Part shown: positions 13,675 through 26,276 of the stretch, piece after piece
Position numbering within the stretch: position 1 is the stretch's first letter
Layout: every line of letters starts with the position of its first letter
Assembly (NCBI GenBank): GCA_910592345.1
Contig: CAJVPI010000372.1
Span: 1 to 32,539, forward strand
Direction: 5' to 3'
Source of the DNA: Paraglomus brasilianum
Lineage: Eukaryota
Length of the DNA stretch: 32,539 nucleotides
The notes under the pieces: model-generated
What the model was told of the DNA's origin: nothing
Databases searched by the model: none
What the model saw: the letters and a program-made list of their open reading frames with translations, nothing else
Program-made: the position numbers and the translations under genes

Positions 13675-15048
13675 TACAATAATAATAAACAAATTATAAT
13701 TAATTGTTACAATACTCGGGAAACCCATAGGTATTTCATTTATATCGCACGAACACCTGTTTCACGGAAACGTATTCGGTCATAAGCGCTGGTGAGGACG
13801 TACGACTTTCTCACGCTACCATCTTAAGCTTACAATTCCCATATTAACTTGACGTGTCTTTTTATAGATTAGAAGGTATTACGATGTACGTATGTATCTC
13901 AAACATAATACATTATTGGCGGAGACAAGTGTTGATCATTACAGTCTAAACTCGGAAATTCACTATATCGAAAACCTTCAAAGTTCTTAATAATAATAAT
14001 AATAATACTGTTTTTGTATCAGAGGAATCTTCACTATAGTGCAGTGCATATTCACTGACAGTTGTATGTATGTGTTGTGTCCGATATATCAGTTCAGAAC
14101 CCAGACACAGTCCAGAACTGAGACAGGTCCCCACCTGAGGTACAACATATGTATACGGGAAATCACGTCTGGAACAATGTTCTGCATCACTGTAATTATA
14201 ATGCTTGTTTCTACTTAAATTTGCATTTTCGAAAATGAAATAACTCTCAGGTCTCGTTCACTATCCACTCAATGGTACAGCATATATGATTCAGTTATTG
14301 GTAATATTTTTCTGTGATTATTGGTGCATGGGTCATGACTATACAGTCTCAAAGAGCATTTCAGTTGATACAAGTATATGAGTATCTCTATATTCTCTGC
14401 TATACAGCGTGTATGAAAAAATGGTGACAAAAAATGTATTTCTCAATACATGCATAACTCTGCAAACATTTAACCATTGTTAATGAAATTTAAACTAAAA
14501 GCGGTCTTGCTTTCTAACTTTGCTATTCGAGAAGTCGATCACCGCCATCTTTTCGCCCAATGGGCGGGCTGATATTCAATTCGGTTAGTCCCGGATCTAT
14601 TATTATTGCCCGAACGGGTATAGCAAGTTCAAATACTAGTTTCTCGGAAAGTTTGTTTGTTATTGTGCCTTGTTCCCCTTTTTTTAGGATGGGGTGATCA
14701 AGTTGTGCTGCATAAAAAATTACCTAATAAAGATACGTGATTGAAATTTGTGGCGTTATGTTCACCTGCTTCCCACATAAACCCTATCCGTGAGAACAAT
14801 TTCAATAGTTTTTCTCACCCGAATGTCAAGTGACCGGACGTTGCAACTTAGAAAAAATTCGGAATGTAAATGAGTCGTATTTGGTATGGCATCCCTGTTC
14901 CACTTACTTGTACCCTCCGACTTTCGCCATTATTCGCACCGTCGGAAATTTTCGTAGTCTCACAGCCGGGTTCTGCCGCTTAATACCGATTTCCTCCGCA
15001 AATTAATTAGCTGGTTTTACGACTTGCTTTAACATTATCTCCGCAATA

Positions 15049-16986
15049 ATGCGTATAGGCGTATCCGCTTTATTTAAGAGTCGACTTTCCACACCATTGC
15101 TCTGTAGTTTTACAAAAAGGAACTTACAGGTCATCCGACCTTCTATATATACTATTAGAAACTTCAATACTACTAGTCTAAACAATAAACCGGCACAGAT
15201 GAGTCACGACAAAGAACTCTTCGATATCGATTATGAGCGAGTGGCTATTCAATGGCAACCATCTGTTGCTCAGCTGTATGAAGATGCTTTGAAATACGAA
15301 ACGGGGTCTGCTATCTCGTCTGCTGGTGCACTTATAACTGCTTCGGGTACCAAGAAAGGTCGCTCTCCAAAAGACAAACGTATCGTTGATGAGCCTTCTT
15401 CGTCGAAGGATGTTTGGGTAATGTATCTAGAAAATTTTTTCTTTGCCATCACTATTCTAGTTGAGTTAGTATCGCATCTTAATCTGTCATTCTGCCTTCA
15501 TTTGCTCTTGCAATTTGATAGTGGGGACCAGTAAATCAAAAACTCCCCGAACACGTCTTTCTCATTAACCGGGAGCGTGCGATAGATTACTTGAACACTC
15601 GAAGCCGCATCTACGTATTCGATGGGTTTGCCGGATGGGATCCAAAATACCGTATCAAAGTTCGAGTAGTTTGCGCTCGTGCGTATCACTCGCTGTTCAT
15701 GCAGAATATGTTGATTAGACCGACTACTGAAGAACTGAAAAATTTCGGTCAGCCTGATTTCACGATTTACAATGCTGGTGCATTCCCTGCCAATCGATAT
15801 ACAACTGGAATGACATCTACGACTTCGGTTGCTATCGATTTTAACATGAGGGAAATGGTGATACTGGGTACCGAATATGCCGGCGAGATGAAGAAGGGAA
15901 TGTAAGTACAAGTAGCGAGGGTTTCTCACGCAGCCGTCGATCATATATCACGTGATTTATTTTATTTTATTTATTCCGTTATAAAGTTTCACAGTGATGC
16001 ATTATTTGATGCCCGTTAAACACAATGTACTCTCTCTCCATTCGTCCGCCAATGAGGGACCAGATGGAGACGTTTCCCTCTTCTTCGGTTTATCGGGTAC
16101 AGGAAAGACTACACTCTCAGCTGACCCCAAACGTTTCCTCATAGGAGATGACGAGCACTGTTGGTCTGAGGATGGTGTATTCAACATTGAAGGTGGATGT
16201 TACGCCAAGTGTATAGACTTGTCAGAAGAGAAGGAGCCCGAAATTTACAATGCTATTCGGTTTGGATCGGTCTTGGAGAATGTAATATATGATCCAAAAA
16301 CGCGGATTGTCAACTATAATGACAAGTCGTTGACTGAAAATACACGATGCGCTTATCCAATAGAATATATTCCAAATGCCAAGATACCTTGCATATCGTC
16401 TTCGCATCCAAAGAATATCATCCTTCTTACGTGCGACGCATATGGTGTTTTACCGCCAGTTTCCAAACTCAGCTCTGCGCAAGCCATGTACCATTTCATT
16501 TCTGGATATACCGCAAAGATTGCTGGCACGGAGGATGGAGTAACTGAACCCCAAGCGACGTTCTCGGCATGTTTCGGACAGCCATTCTTGGTGTTGCATC
16601 CAGCTCGATATGCCAAGATGTTGGCAGACAAAATGGAGCATCATGCGGCTGATGCATGGTTAGTCAATACTGGATGGAACGGTGGTGCATATGGTGTTGG
16701 AGAACGCATTGCTTTGAAATATTCTCGCGCGATTCTCGATGCCATTCATTCTGGGGAATTGGCAAAGGCCGAGTATGAAAACTATGGAATATTCAATCTG
16801 CAGATACCCAAAAAAGTAACGGGTGTACCATCCGAAATACTACACCCAGAAACTACATGGAAAGGTAGCAAGGCGGATTATACAGCCACTAGGCACAAGT
16901 TAGCAAACCAATTTATCGAAAACTTTAAGGTTTATCAGGAGGATTCGACTGCATCCGCGGTGGTTTCTGCTGGTCCTGTTCTGTAA
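15049..16986 (+). CDS. PCK1: Phosphoenolpyruvate carboxykinase (ATP), 3 exons, with N-terminal extension
   Basis: Motifs [37 protein letters not shown]-loop [52 protein letters not shown] and WLVNTGW. Exons 15049-15417, 15522-15901 and 15987-16986. Confidence 0.98.
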
Positions 16987-17777
16987 GAAGAGTATTGTTT
17001 CTGGTGGCACATGAGTGTATTTATTCTTCATTCCTGTGCGTGCGATATCTTGATGGACACTTTTGAATAGAATGCAAAAGTTTAATCAATCTAATACATT
17101 TCAAAAGATAATTCGTATGATATCTCCGGTTTGTAGAAAAGATTGTTAATAAATAAACATTAGAAGCATTGAAACTATTTTACGAGTTGTTCCGAACAAT
17201 TCCATTATTGGGAAAAACCTAAATACCAGTTAAAGGAAAACACATCGATTGTTATTGGCTTGATTAAAGTTCACCAAACTAAAACGTTTGATTTTTGTTA
17301 CACATACCTGTCAAACGTGCTAACCGATTTTGCTCTTAACACATATGTATAATGCAGATAATGTCATTAGCTCACCCTTTTTTACTCCTGGTTTTAACTA
17401 TCTAACCACTAATGACATACCCCTTGTTACTCTGTGTTAATTATACGGCCTGCGCTTAAAAGTTATTGAATGCCTCGACCCTCAGTGCGAACTAGTTCCC
17501 AATATAACTCGACAAATTCATATGCGGAAAGCAAACTATCTGCAGGATCTAAACAAATGACCAAAAACATCACCTATCCTCACCTCGTGTAAACAATATC
17601 TTTGTGTATTCCAGAATAAGTTACGCATTCAATGCTACACTGCATATTAATACCGATGATCTTTAAGAATTCCTCATCTATAGAATGCTTGGCTTTTCCT
17701 CATCTCTCTGTTTTGTCTCTAGATAGATGCTCAATTTATAGAACGAATAAATTAGATGCTATTAATACCATATAATT

Positions 17778-19072
17778 ATGCCCAACTTAACAAGTCTATC
17801 GGCAAAGCATTCGAGCTCATCATGGATTGCAGTAATGTTAGTAATATTCCTATCCACATCGGTAGGCGCAACAGATTATCTCATGTTGGGAACGTATTCA
17901 TACAGTGAGTGTTATAAACTCGAATTGTCAACAAAACTACCTACTCGTGGTCATAAAATCTCAACACACACTAACTCTTTATTCAACGGCAACAGCACGA
18001 GCAAATGACTATCCGATGGATGTTACGTCATATACTATGGCTATAATATTCTTATTAACAGGAGCATTGAGTTTATTCCGTGGTAACAAATATAGATGGC
18101 TTTCGATAGTTTTAGGTGGATTTTATACAGCAGGTATGTGAATGCGAGAGATCTACAAACAACGTAAAAGGTATTTTATCTGTTTACTTAACTTTCTTCC
18201 TCAATTCAGGGATAATGATAGCTTTGTTCGTTATCAAATTCCAAAATGTTACGGATCCATCAGGTGGCCTCCGTTTTATATATTTAGCCATCAGTATAGC
18301 ATCAGGTGTAGCTACGGGGCTATTCTTTGTTTGCATGTGGCCGAGTGGACGAGTTCTTGTGGGCGCAATTGGCGGACATGCTTTTTCGTTTATTCTTCTA
18401 TCGACTCGCACAGATGGACTGATACGAAGTCATATACCAAGATATATTTTTATGGTATTATTCATTGTGTTATTTGGAGGAGCAGCAGGATGTAAGAGAA
18501 TATATCCATATGTGGCTATCGTGTCAACCGTATTCACCGGAGCTTATTTAATAATGCTTGGGGCCGATATATTTGCAAGAGCTGGTTTATTGGCCGGATA
18601 TAAATATTTGTGGGGATTCACACAGCCGGATGATTATAGATATACTGCAGAAAAGGACAATGGCATAATCTTATTGACAGTTGGACTTGTAGGCACATCA
18701 ATCGGCCTTTTCGTACAAACATATGAGCTGTGGTACTCAAACAAAGGCTTTCCTAGTATCAGACGGGAAAATCCCGAAGATCCAGAAGATCCAGAAAATC
18801 CAGAAAATCCAAAGGTGCCCCCGACCGCCGATGTTGATACGTCAAGATCTGCGAACCGCAATGACAATGGCAATCGATTATCAACCGGTGCCGGCGTTGG
18901 TCATGCTAGGAGAGAGTCACGTGAAATATTACCGTGGGGAATGGTATCTTCCACGCTGGCGTGGACAATGGGAAACAGGGCGTCCTATTTTGGCAGGGCG
19001 AATATAGGCTGGGATTTGAGGTCTATTGCTACAACTGAGAGATCGACATATGGTGGATCAAATAAGGAGTAA
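17778..19072 (+). CDS. Multi-pass membrane protein, DUF4203/TMEM198-like
   Basis: Exons 17778-17904, 17996-18133 and 18210-19072 stay in frame. A signal-peptide-like N-terminus is followed by about 7 hydrophobic segments. Family-like motifs: GALSLFRG..RWLSIVLGGFY, LVGAIGGHAFS and IVSTVFTGAYLIMLGADIFARAGL. Confidence 0.75.
18767..18811 (+). repeat. Coding 9-bp tandem repeat (E[N/D]P x5)
   Basis: gaaaatccc gaagatcca gaagatcca gaaaatcca gaaaatcca encodes ENPEDPEDPENPENP in the C-terminal tail. Confidence 0.9.
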
Positions 19073-20130
19073 TGGACCCGGATATTGTACAGTATTTATT
19101 AACAAAAAAGTATATTTCCAAAATAATCCATTCAGACACGCACCATTTAATAACAATAAAAACATTTAATCTGCTTTTGTGTAATCATTCCTATTATTGA
19201 AAAATCTCAAAAAATAACACTTTGTGGAATCAAGACAATTTACAATAATTTGAAAAAGTTCAAAAAGAAAAGGGGGGGGGGGGCTAAAAAGGATTAATTA
19301 TTATTATGGTGAAGCTTCTAAAATTTAGGATCATATATACTATCTTTTTAACCAGAACTGTTACGATTACGGTTAACGGTATTAAGCCATTTTTAAAGAC
19401 ATACTATATTTATTGATAATAGTACTGAATTGCCAGTTATACACATGTCAACCAAGGTTTTTTAGATTAACGTTTGGTGCTTTTGCTTTCTTCTTAATCG
19501 ATTTAGTTGATTTTAATTTGGTGCTTAAAAGTAGAAACGCGTATGTGTGATTAGTGGGTTAGAGATTAGTAGTATTGCAAGCATAGATGAGGCCCTAATA
19601 TATCGCTTTTAATCTAGAATCAGTGTATTGATTTAAGCGATAGCATATTTCTGACACTTGTCGTGCGGTAAAAATAGCTTCCCGAAGATATTCTTAAAAC
19701 AATTAAAGATTGTAACGCTAAAAATTTGTGCTCAACACTTAATATTAAGCAAAAGGCAAATTAAATTATGAGAATTTATTAACTTAACTTTGTTCATTCA
19801 TAACGAGAATAATTAATTTTATTCAACGGTAAATAAAATTTTTTTTTCTTACTTTTTGCGATGCACACTAAAACTCTAAATTAACAGTTACCCTATTTCC
19901 TTTGTCAAGCATAAATAACATACTCAACACAACAACACCCTTCAAAGATGGAATTTTTACGCTTTATATATAATATCGCGTCTACTAATTTCCTCTAGTG
20001 TGACTCGATTATATTGTGTCATGACTCAGTTTCGATAGTGTATAACTTTATTATATAATCGTTTCATCATAGTTTTCCGGCTTGTATTCGGGTTGTATTG
20101 CGTAATTTATGACGTTAGGTTCGATCTTAT

Positions 20131-20152
20131 TTATTATTATTATTATTATTAT
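20131..20152. repeat. (TTA)7 microsatellite
   Basis: ttattattattattattattat in intergenic DNA. Confidence 0.85.
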
Positions 20153-21115
20153 ACACAAATTAATAATCTCAATTAAAATCTATAGAATTTTGGGCATGTC
20201 TTTCTCAAATGGATGCCTAACTGGCCATGAAGTACCATATTTTTAGTAGTCCATTCTAGTAAGGCCCTTTTTATAATCTACAATTTATTGCTACAAACTA
20301 TGTGAGTGGGTTGAATTTTTCTTTCACGCACTCAAAAAGACACGTGACTCGTTTGTTTTGACTATAATAAAAACCACGTGGAGAGCTCTCAGGATTACTA
20401 GTCATATGCATAACAAGACATCTATTGTACAGTATATGCTCATATTGTCGATGAGATCATCATTCAAGAGAATTTCTTATTCAGTTTATGAGAGGCTTCC
20501 AGGCCATGTGCGAAAACTGACCTTGGGTATTACTTTCTGGACTTAATTTACGTATGTCAAGTATGTCAAATAGCGTGTACATAGTTCACCCGAGAATTGC
20601 TACGCGAAAAAAACAAAATGTCAAAACCGTATATGGCGAACCAACAAGAAGACGTTGGCTGTGTCGATTACTCGCTTCTTATGAATTACAATTAATATAT
20701 GGTATGTCAAATTATTATACCGTTATTCTTGCGAAACTTTAATATTAAGTCTTCCCGACATTATCAAATACATGCCTGCTCGGTATTGGAGTTTGCATCC
20801 ACGGTAATGGGAATAACGCATGAAAGTAATAAATAATACGAGATGGTAACGGCTAGCTTTGCCAACAGCAAACACAGTAACACAGATACTCTTTTCCTAG
20901 TATAGTATTCAGACATCTCCTTTTCTCATAACTTTCCTATCAGTATTATTGGCCGTTCGTGCTAGAGCAAGACTACAAATGGTATGAGGGGGAAAGGGAA
21001 TGAGGAAAAAAGCCACCACTTATTACTTTATAGACATTCGTTGTTAAATTTACAGAATCTTCTCTACATCAAACCAAAGGATATACACCCCAGTTACCAA
21101 TATCTAATAAATATA

Positions 21116-23580
21116 CTACAGCCATATATTTTCTATATGATTTACCGGTGAAATACTTTCGAATTCCATTATACATCTGGAAAATACAAACAAAATCAGT
21201 AAATCGTTTCATCAATGAGAAAGTTGTCCTAATATGTATCATAAATTAACTTACCCATAATTTTCGTCTGCATTAGCAATATATAAGCCCTCCGTATCTG
21301 GCGTGAAAGAAACACCAGCAATCTCACCAAATATATCTATAACTTGAGATCGCTCAAAGGTCTTCGCATCAAATACATGAACAAAGTCAGCAGGTTCTAT
21401 AGAAACATAATAGGATGTTAGCTAGGAATGTATTCGCTGATATGTAAAAATCAATCAAATACTTACCTGCCATGGCCATATAACGGCCGTCTTCCGAAAA
21501 ATGAAGGGACCGGACTGCCCCCAGTCTAGCACCCAGCACCCCCAGAGTCGTGGACATTTTTCGCACATCGTACAATCTACAGTTGAACAAGTTTAAAAAT
21601 TGGTATTTCGGAGGTCAATAGTATAAACACATGCTTAGCGTGTATGTTGTCGTGCTCACCGTGTAGTTTTATCTTTGCGTACGTAAATCGAATACAAAAT
21701 CACAGTTAGTTTACAAGGTTGACTCTGCTTAAACATAGGATCAGTCATCAACTTACCTTGATTCCCTGTTGCAATAAGCAGGCCATCCGGACTCCAGCAG
21801 CAAGCAAAGGAATAGTCCAAATGACCGACCAGCGTTGTAATGTCTATAAAAATCGAATTTATAACTTAACATGTTTTCTTCAAAATATCACGATATGGAA
21901 TATAAGTCTATAACGACGACATACTTTGACCACTATTAGCATCGACGATTTTTGTTTCAACATCGTCTCCGACAACGCATAACATACTCTTGTCTGGACT
22001 GACAGCTGTGCACTATGAAGAAAGAAGCATAACCAGTGAGCAAGCGATGCCTTGCAAATTTTGTAAATAAATTGACATAGCATATATAACATTTTTGTGG
22101 CTTTAAAGTGGTCAGCAATGATATTTACGTTAACTGGCCAGTCAAATTCGTAAATGTTTGTGAACTTCAAAGTTGCCAAATCCATTATCCGTGATTTTTG
22201 GTCGTTACTCGAAATAACTGCAACAATGGCTGTACCGTCCAATGTGATGCAACTTGTTAATTGGCGGTCGTAAATTCATTATCTACGCCAAAGTCATCAT
22301 TAGAACTTAAACTCACGTCCAGCGCGGGATTTAATAATGTCTATGTGGTTAGTTATTCCATTATTATCTTCTGTTATGACGTCGTGATGTATGGTTGTAG
22401 AGTCCAAACGTCGACATGCATATTCGCCATATAAACCTGAAAGAATCGCAAATCTAAGTATATGCTATACGTAGCATAGAAACAAGTCCGTACAAAATGG
22501 TAATATACCTCCGGCAAGCAAAAAATCATATTTGCATGCTATTGTACTTATGTCAAAGCTGTGCTGTGGTCGCCCAAGAGGTTGAGAGTCCAGCTCGAAC
22601 CTTGTTTGTTTCCGTATTGAATTCCAATGACCTATTCGTGTTCCATCTAATCAAGTCAGAGTAAGTAATCAGCCATCAGTTCTTCCCGCCGTTACATGCA
22701 CAACAAACTCGAAGAACAAAGACACCAAACTTGTAAAGTAGACGTCGTTTCTAGTGGTTGCCCATAACAAATTTCGCAATTGGAAATGTACAATCGAGCA
22801 TTTATGTGTGAGAGTCGTGTATTTGAATTTGTAATATTGGCCATCAGTCTGAACCGGTTTGAGATCCTAGCAAACAAATATCAACAGCTTAACTCTTATA
22901 TATAAAAAAACAGAAAAAAACAGACATAACATCAAGGATATCGATAAATAGAAACATACCTCTCGTGTGAGATTATTCAACTTTGGAACAATATTCTCAT
23001 AATTCATGTATTCTGCAAGACTTTTAACCAATTTATTTTATGCAATGGTAAAATTTAGGAATGGATGATGATATATGGAATTCAAACGATCAGTCTATAA
23101 TAAGTACGAACCGGACTTCACGATATCCGTCACGAGTCACATTAAAAGCCTCCCAGGTTATTCCTTGCTGCAGTAAAATCGTGAGTCATGCATAATGACG
23201 CTTACCTTGTCACACACAAATTCTCCCACATACCATGTCGACACCATTTTCCACATCTTGGGCCGTTACTTCTCGAATCTATTGTCATAAACCATGAATG
23301 CGCATAAGTTACCGTTTGGAAGATTGAGAGAATCTAAATAACACTAAATCGCACGACAAATCAAAGATTCTTACGAACCGACAAGAAAGATCGTTTTCGT
23401 TCTGCGTAAACGGGTTCTCGGGCTGCGTAATTTAGAAGAAAAGAGTATGAAGCATGCAATCACAGAAAAAAGAACCAAATACAGCAACATGGACTTACGA
23501 GTCCACTCGCAGTGCAAATGATCCGGTATACAGTTGAATACCGTTTCGTCAGATTGCAGTGGTTCGGTTCGATCGCCCAT
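21116..23580 (-). CDS. WD40-repeat protein with C-terminal DUF2415-like segment, many short exons
   Basis: Spliced blocks read IREVTAQDVENGVDM/QGITWEAFNVTRDGYREVR, CSIVHFQLRNLLWATTRNDVYF, LAGGLYGEY, ITNHIDI, ISSNDQKSR, FDWPVN/CTAVSPD..VVGDD, GHLDYSFACCWSPDG..ATGNQ/DKTTR/LYDVR and GAVRSLHFSEDGRYMAMAEPADFVHVFD..QVIDIFGEIAGVSFTPDTEGLYIANAD. Stop TAG at 21116-21118. The 5' exons are less certain. Confidence 0.88.
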
Positions 23581-26276
23581 TTTATAATTAGAGCGTTGCT
23601 TTGATTAAACGAGTTAAGCAGTCGTAGAGTTGTCTTGCAACAAGGGGGGTAGAATCAAATAATACTGTTAGCGTAACTTATTTTCCTGGCTAATAAAATC
23701 ATGTAATACTCTAGATAGAATACCTAAAGCAGGTTAAGTAAATTGGGAACCGCGCGAACAATTCAATGAAGGGGAAAGAAGTCCCACGGAAGGTTAAATG
23801 GCGCATGACCTCATAATGCATTGATATACAATATTCTAGCATTGAATAATATCAATTTGGTCACACGATATGGGGATTTGTTTACGCCACATCGGAAACG
23901 CTGGTGTCCACTAAAAAATATAGAAGTCTTTTATGGAGATGAACTCGCGCACTACAACAAACAGTAACACTGCTCTGTATTCCTCCTTAATATCTGTCTC
24001 AGAAGTGCTGTTCGAAACTTGTCAGTCAGCTCATTAATAATTTTAGAATGCGGTTGGTTTCGTCATAACTGATACTACCAAGTAACACCTCACAACGTTA
24101 ATAGTTTGACTTCAGATTACGGGTGTATAGAACCGTACCATTGCATTATTGATAAGCACCAACTATCACATATTGTATTTAATACAGCCTCGTTTGCAAA
24201 GGTACAGTACAGAATTTCACGCCATACCGTTAATATTTGCGGTATCATCCCACCAACTCTGATACTTAGTTACTTTAGAGAGTCGGCGCTGTGACTCGGG
24301 GAAGAGGACATTCTTGTGGAATTTGAATGCAAAATAATAAAATAGTAGAAGCAACGTACGAGTTCAAGAAATAGGGAGTGGTGTAGGTAGAGGAAAAGGG
24401 CATATTTATCTGTCTTCAAATGGCCATTACTCCTCACTTTGACTGACATACTTGACTCTTTAGATTCGCAATAAAGTTAAAGAAAAAGATGTAGTCTATA
24501 AGAATATGGTACCTATCATAATACACGTACATACAGTAACCCCAATAATAAATAAAGCAAAATGTGCAAAAATCTAAAATTTTTACATAATAATAAAAAA
24601 GATTTTTAAATGCACATTATTCTTCAACCACACATCCTTTAACTACGTGTTTTGACTTATTAAATATCCAGGACAAGATAAATTACTTTATTAATGGCCA
24701 GATTAAAATTGCAAATAGCTAGTAATAATGTTCTCAAATGCATCACAAAGAATCTACCATTTGGGGAAGTGCTAACTGGGGATTTTAATTTTTTGTTATC
24801 TATGCTAGCGTTTCTCAGCAAAGAAAGTTGTAGTTAAAGTTCTTTCTTTTCTTAATCTTTTTATGTATAGTAAACTAGATAAAAGAATATTAAACAATCC
24901 TGTAGAACTTTTTTCACTGACATGCCTCTGGACATTAATAATAATTTCAAATCTTATAATCTACAACTTTATTGCGGCAGATTAAAATAAATAAAAAATT
25001 CCCCGAGACGAGCTTATGTTTTGAGCCGATTCAAGAGAAAAGCCAACCAACATCATGACACTTCTGCAATATAATTTCGCAACCGTTATTTTTCTTCGAT
25101 TTAACTAAATTGATTACAATTTCATCAGGAATATTATTCCGCTCCTCTACCATCACTCTTTTCAAATCTTTTTTTCACATTCCGTATTATTAAATAATTG
25201 GAACGCTGTCTCGTAAGTGAAGACAGTTTCTTTTTTGCGCCTACTCTAGATGAACTCCTATGTGCTTTTCGGTGAGCATCGGTGTTTAGGCCGGCTTTTT
25301 TTTTATATTCCCTTGAAAATACCGGCCTACAGATCGATACGAAACAGCAATGCTATTTTCCTTGGTGGAATTGAAGAATCATCACGTATTGTTTAATTAC
25401 TCTAGTCACATTATTATCCCTTCTTTCACATCCACGTATTGTATAGGGTGACATGTCGATTTACTTGATTCTGAAATAAAACATTGTGTACACGACGCGT
25501 TTTGTGCTAGAGATATGTGGACAGGAAGTTATTATAAAACGACAACTTTTTTGCCACATACTGTAATTCGTTATTGAGACATGATTAATTCGTTCGTATA
25601 CTACTTCATCACAACACAATCTATTACTATTGACTATAAAGCCTATCAATCGAAACTCAATGATTAGATGCAAAGTAGTTCATTCGCTTGACTTTGTCAA
25701 AAAATCGTTATTATTATATGAATGCAGTGATTTGTCAACTGCCTATATATTCTATATGTACACCTCATCGTTCTAATCAGGACGCCCAAAAATTAGCCAA
25801 ATCCTATCATCAAGGACAAACGCTCTCCCAATAGGCAGCTTCATATTATCTAAGCAGCCACAAGATACAATTCTAAATTATACCTTTTGAGGACATCGAA
25901 CATTTTGCCATCAGATTATATTATTTATTATATGTATATTTGTATTACAAAGTGACGTTATTAATTTATAAAGACTATATTAAAATATATACAACCGTCT
26001 TAGTCTTTTGTTGTTGGTTTTTTGAGCCAATTCCCCTTGCTTTCTTTATACTAGCTTTTTTTTTTCACATTAATCATATCGGGGTTTGCATTTTCTGGAC
26101 CAAAAGAAATATTACTAATAAACAAATTTACACAAGCTTTGGTCCCGTAAATACGTATTTTTTCCCTATTGAAATGTTTTTTCTATAGAAAGTGGGGTTG
26201 GCGTCCATAGTATTCCTAATGAATGTTCCAAACATTAGTCTACTTAAGTTTCCTCTCGGGAATTTTCGAATTTACT

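Noticed and set aside
16984..17070. Stop-codon readthrough to a cryptic peroxisomal PTS1 on PCK1
   Set aside because: The stop is TAA-G rather than a TGA-CTA context, and the extension ends ...DTFE, which is not SKL-like.
20110..20130. GGTTCGA T-loop-like motif suggesting a tRNA
   Set aside because: No cloverleaf stems or A-box around it.
24278..24320. Tiny minus-strand ORF MSSSPSHSADSLK as a uORF of the WD40 gene
   Set aside because: About 700 bp upstream with no evidence that it is on the same transcript; expected by chance.
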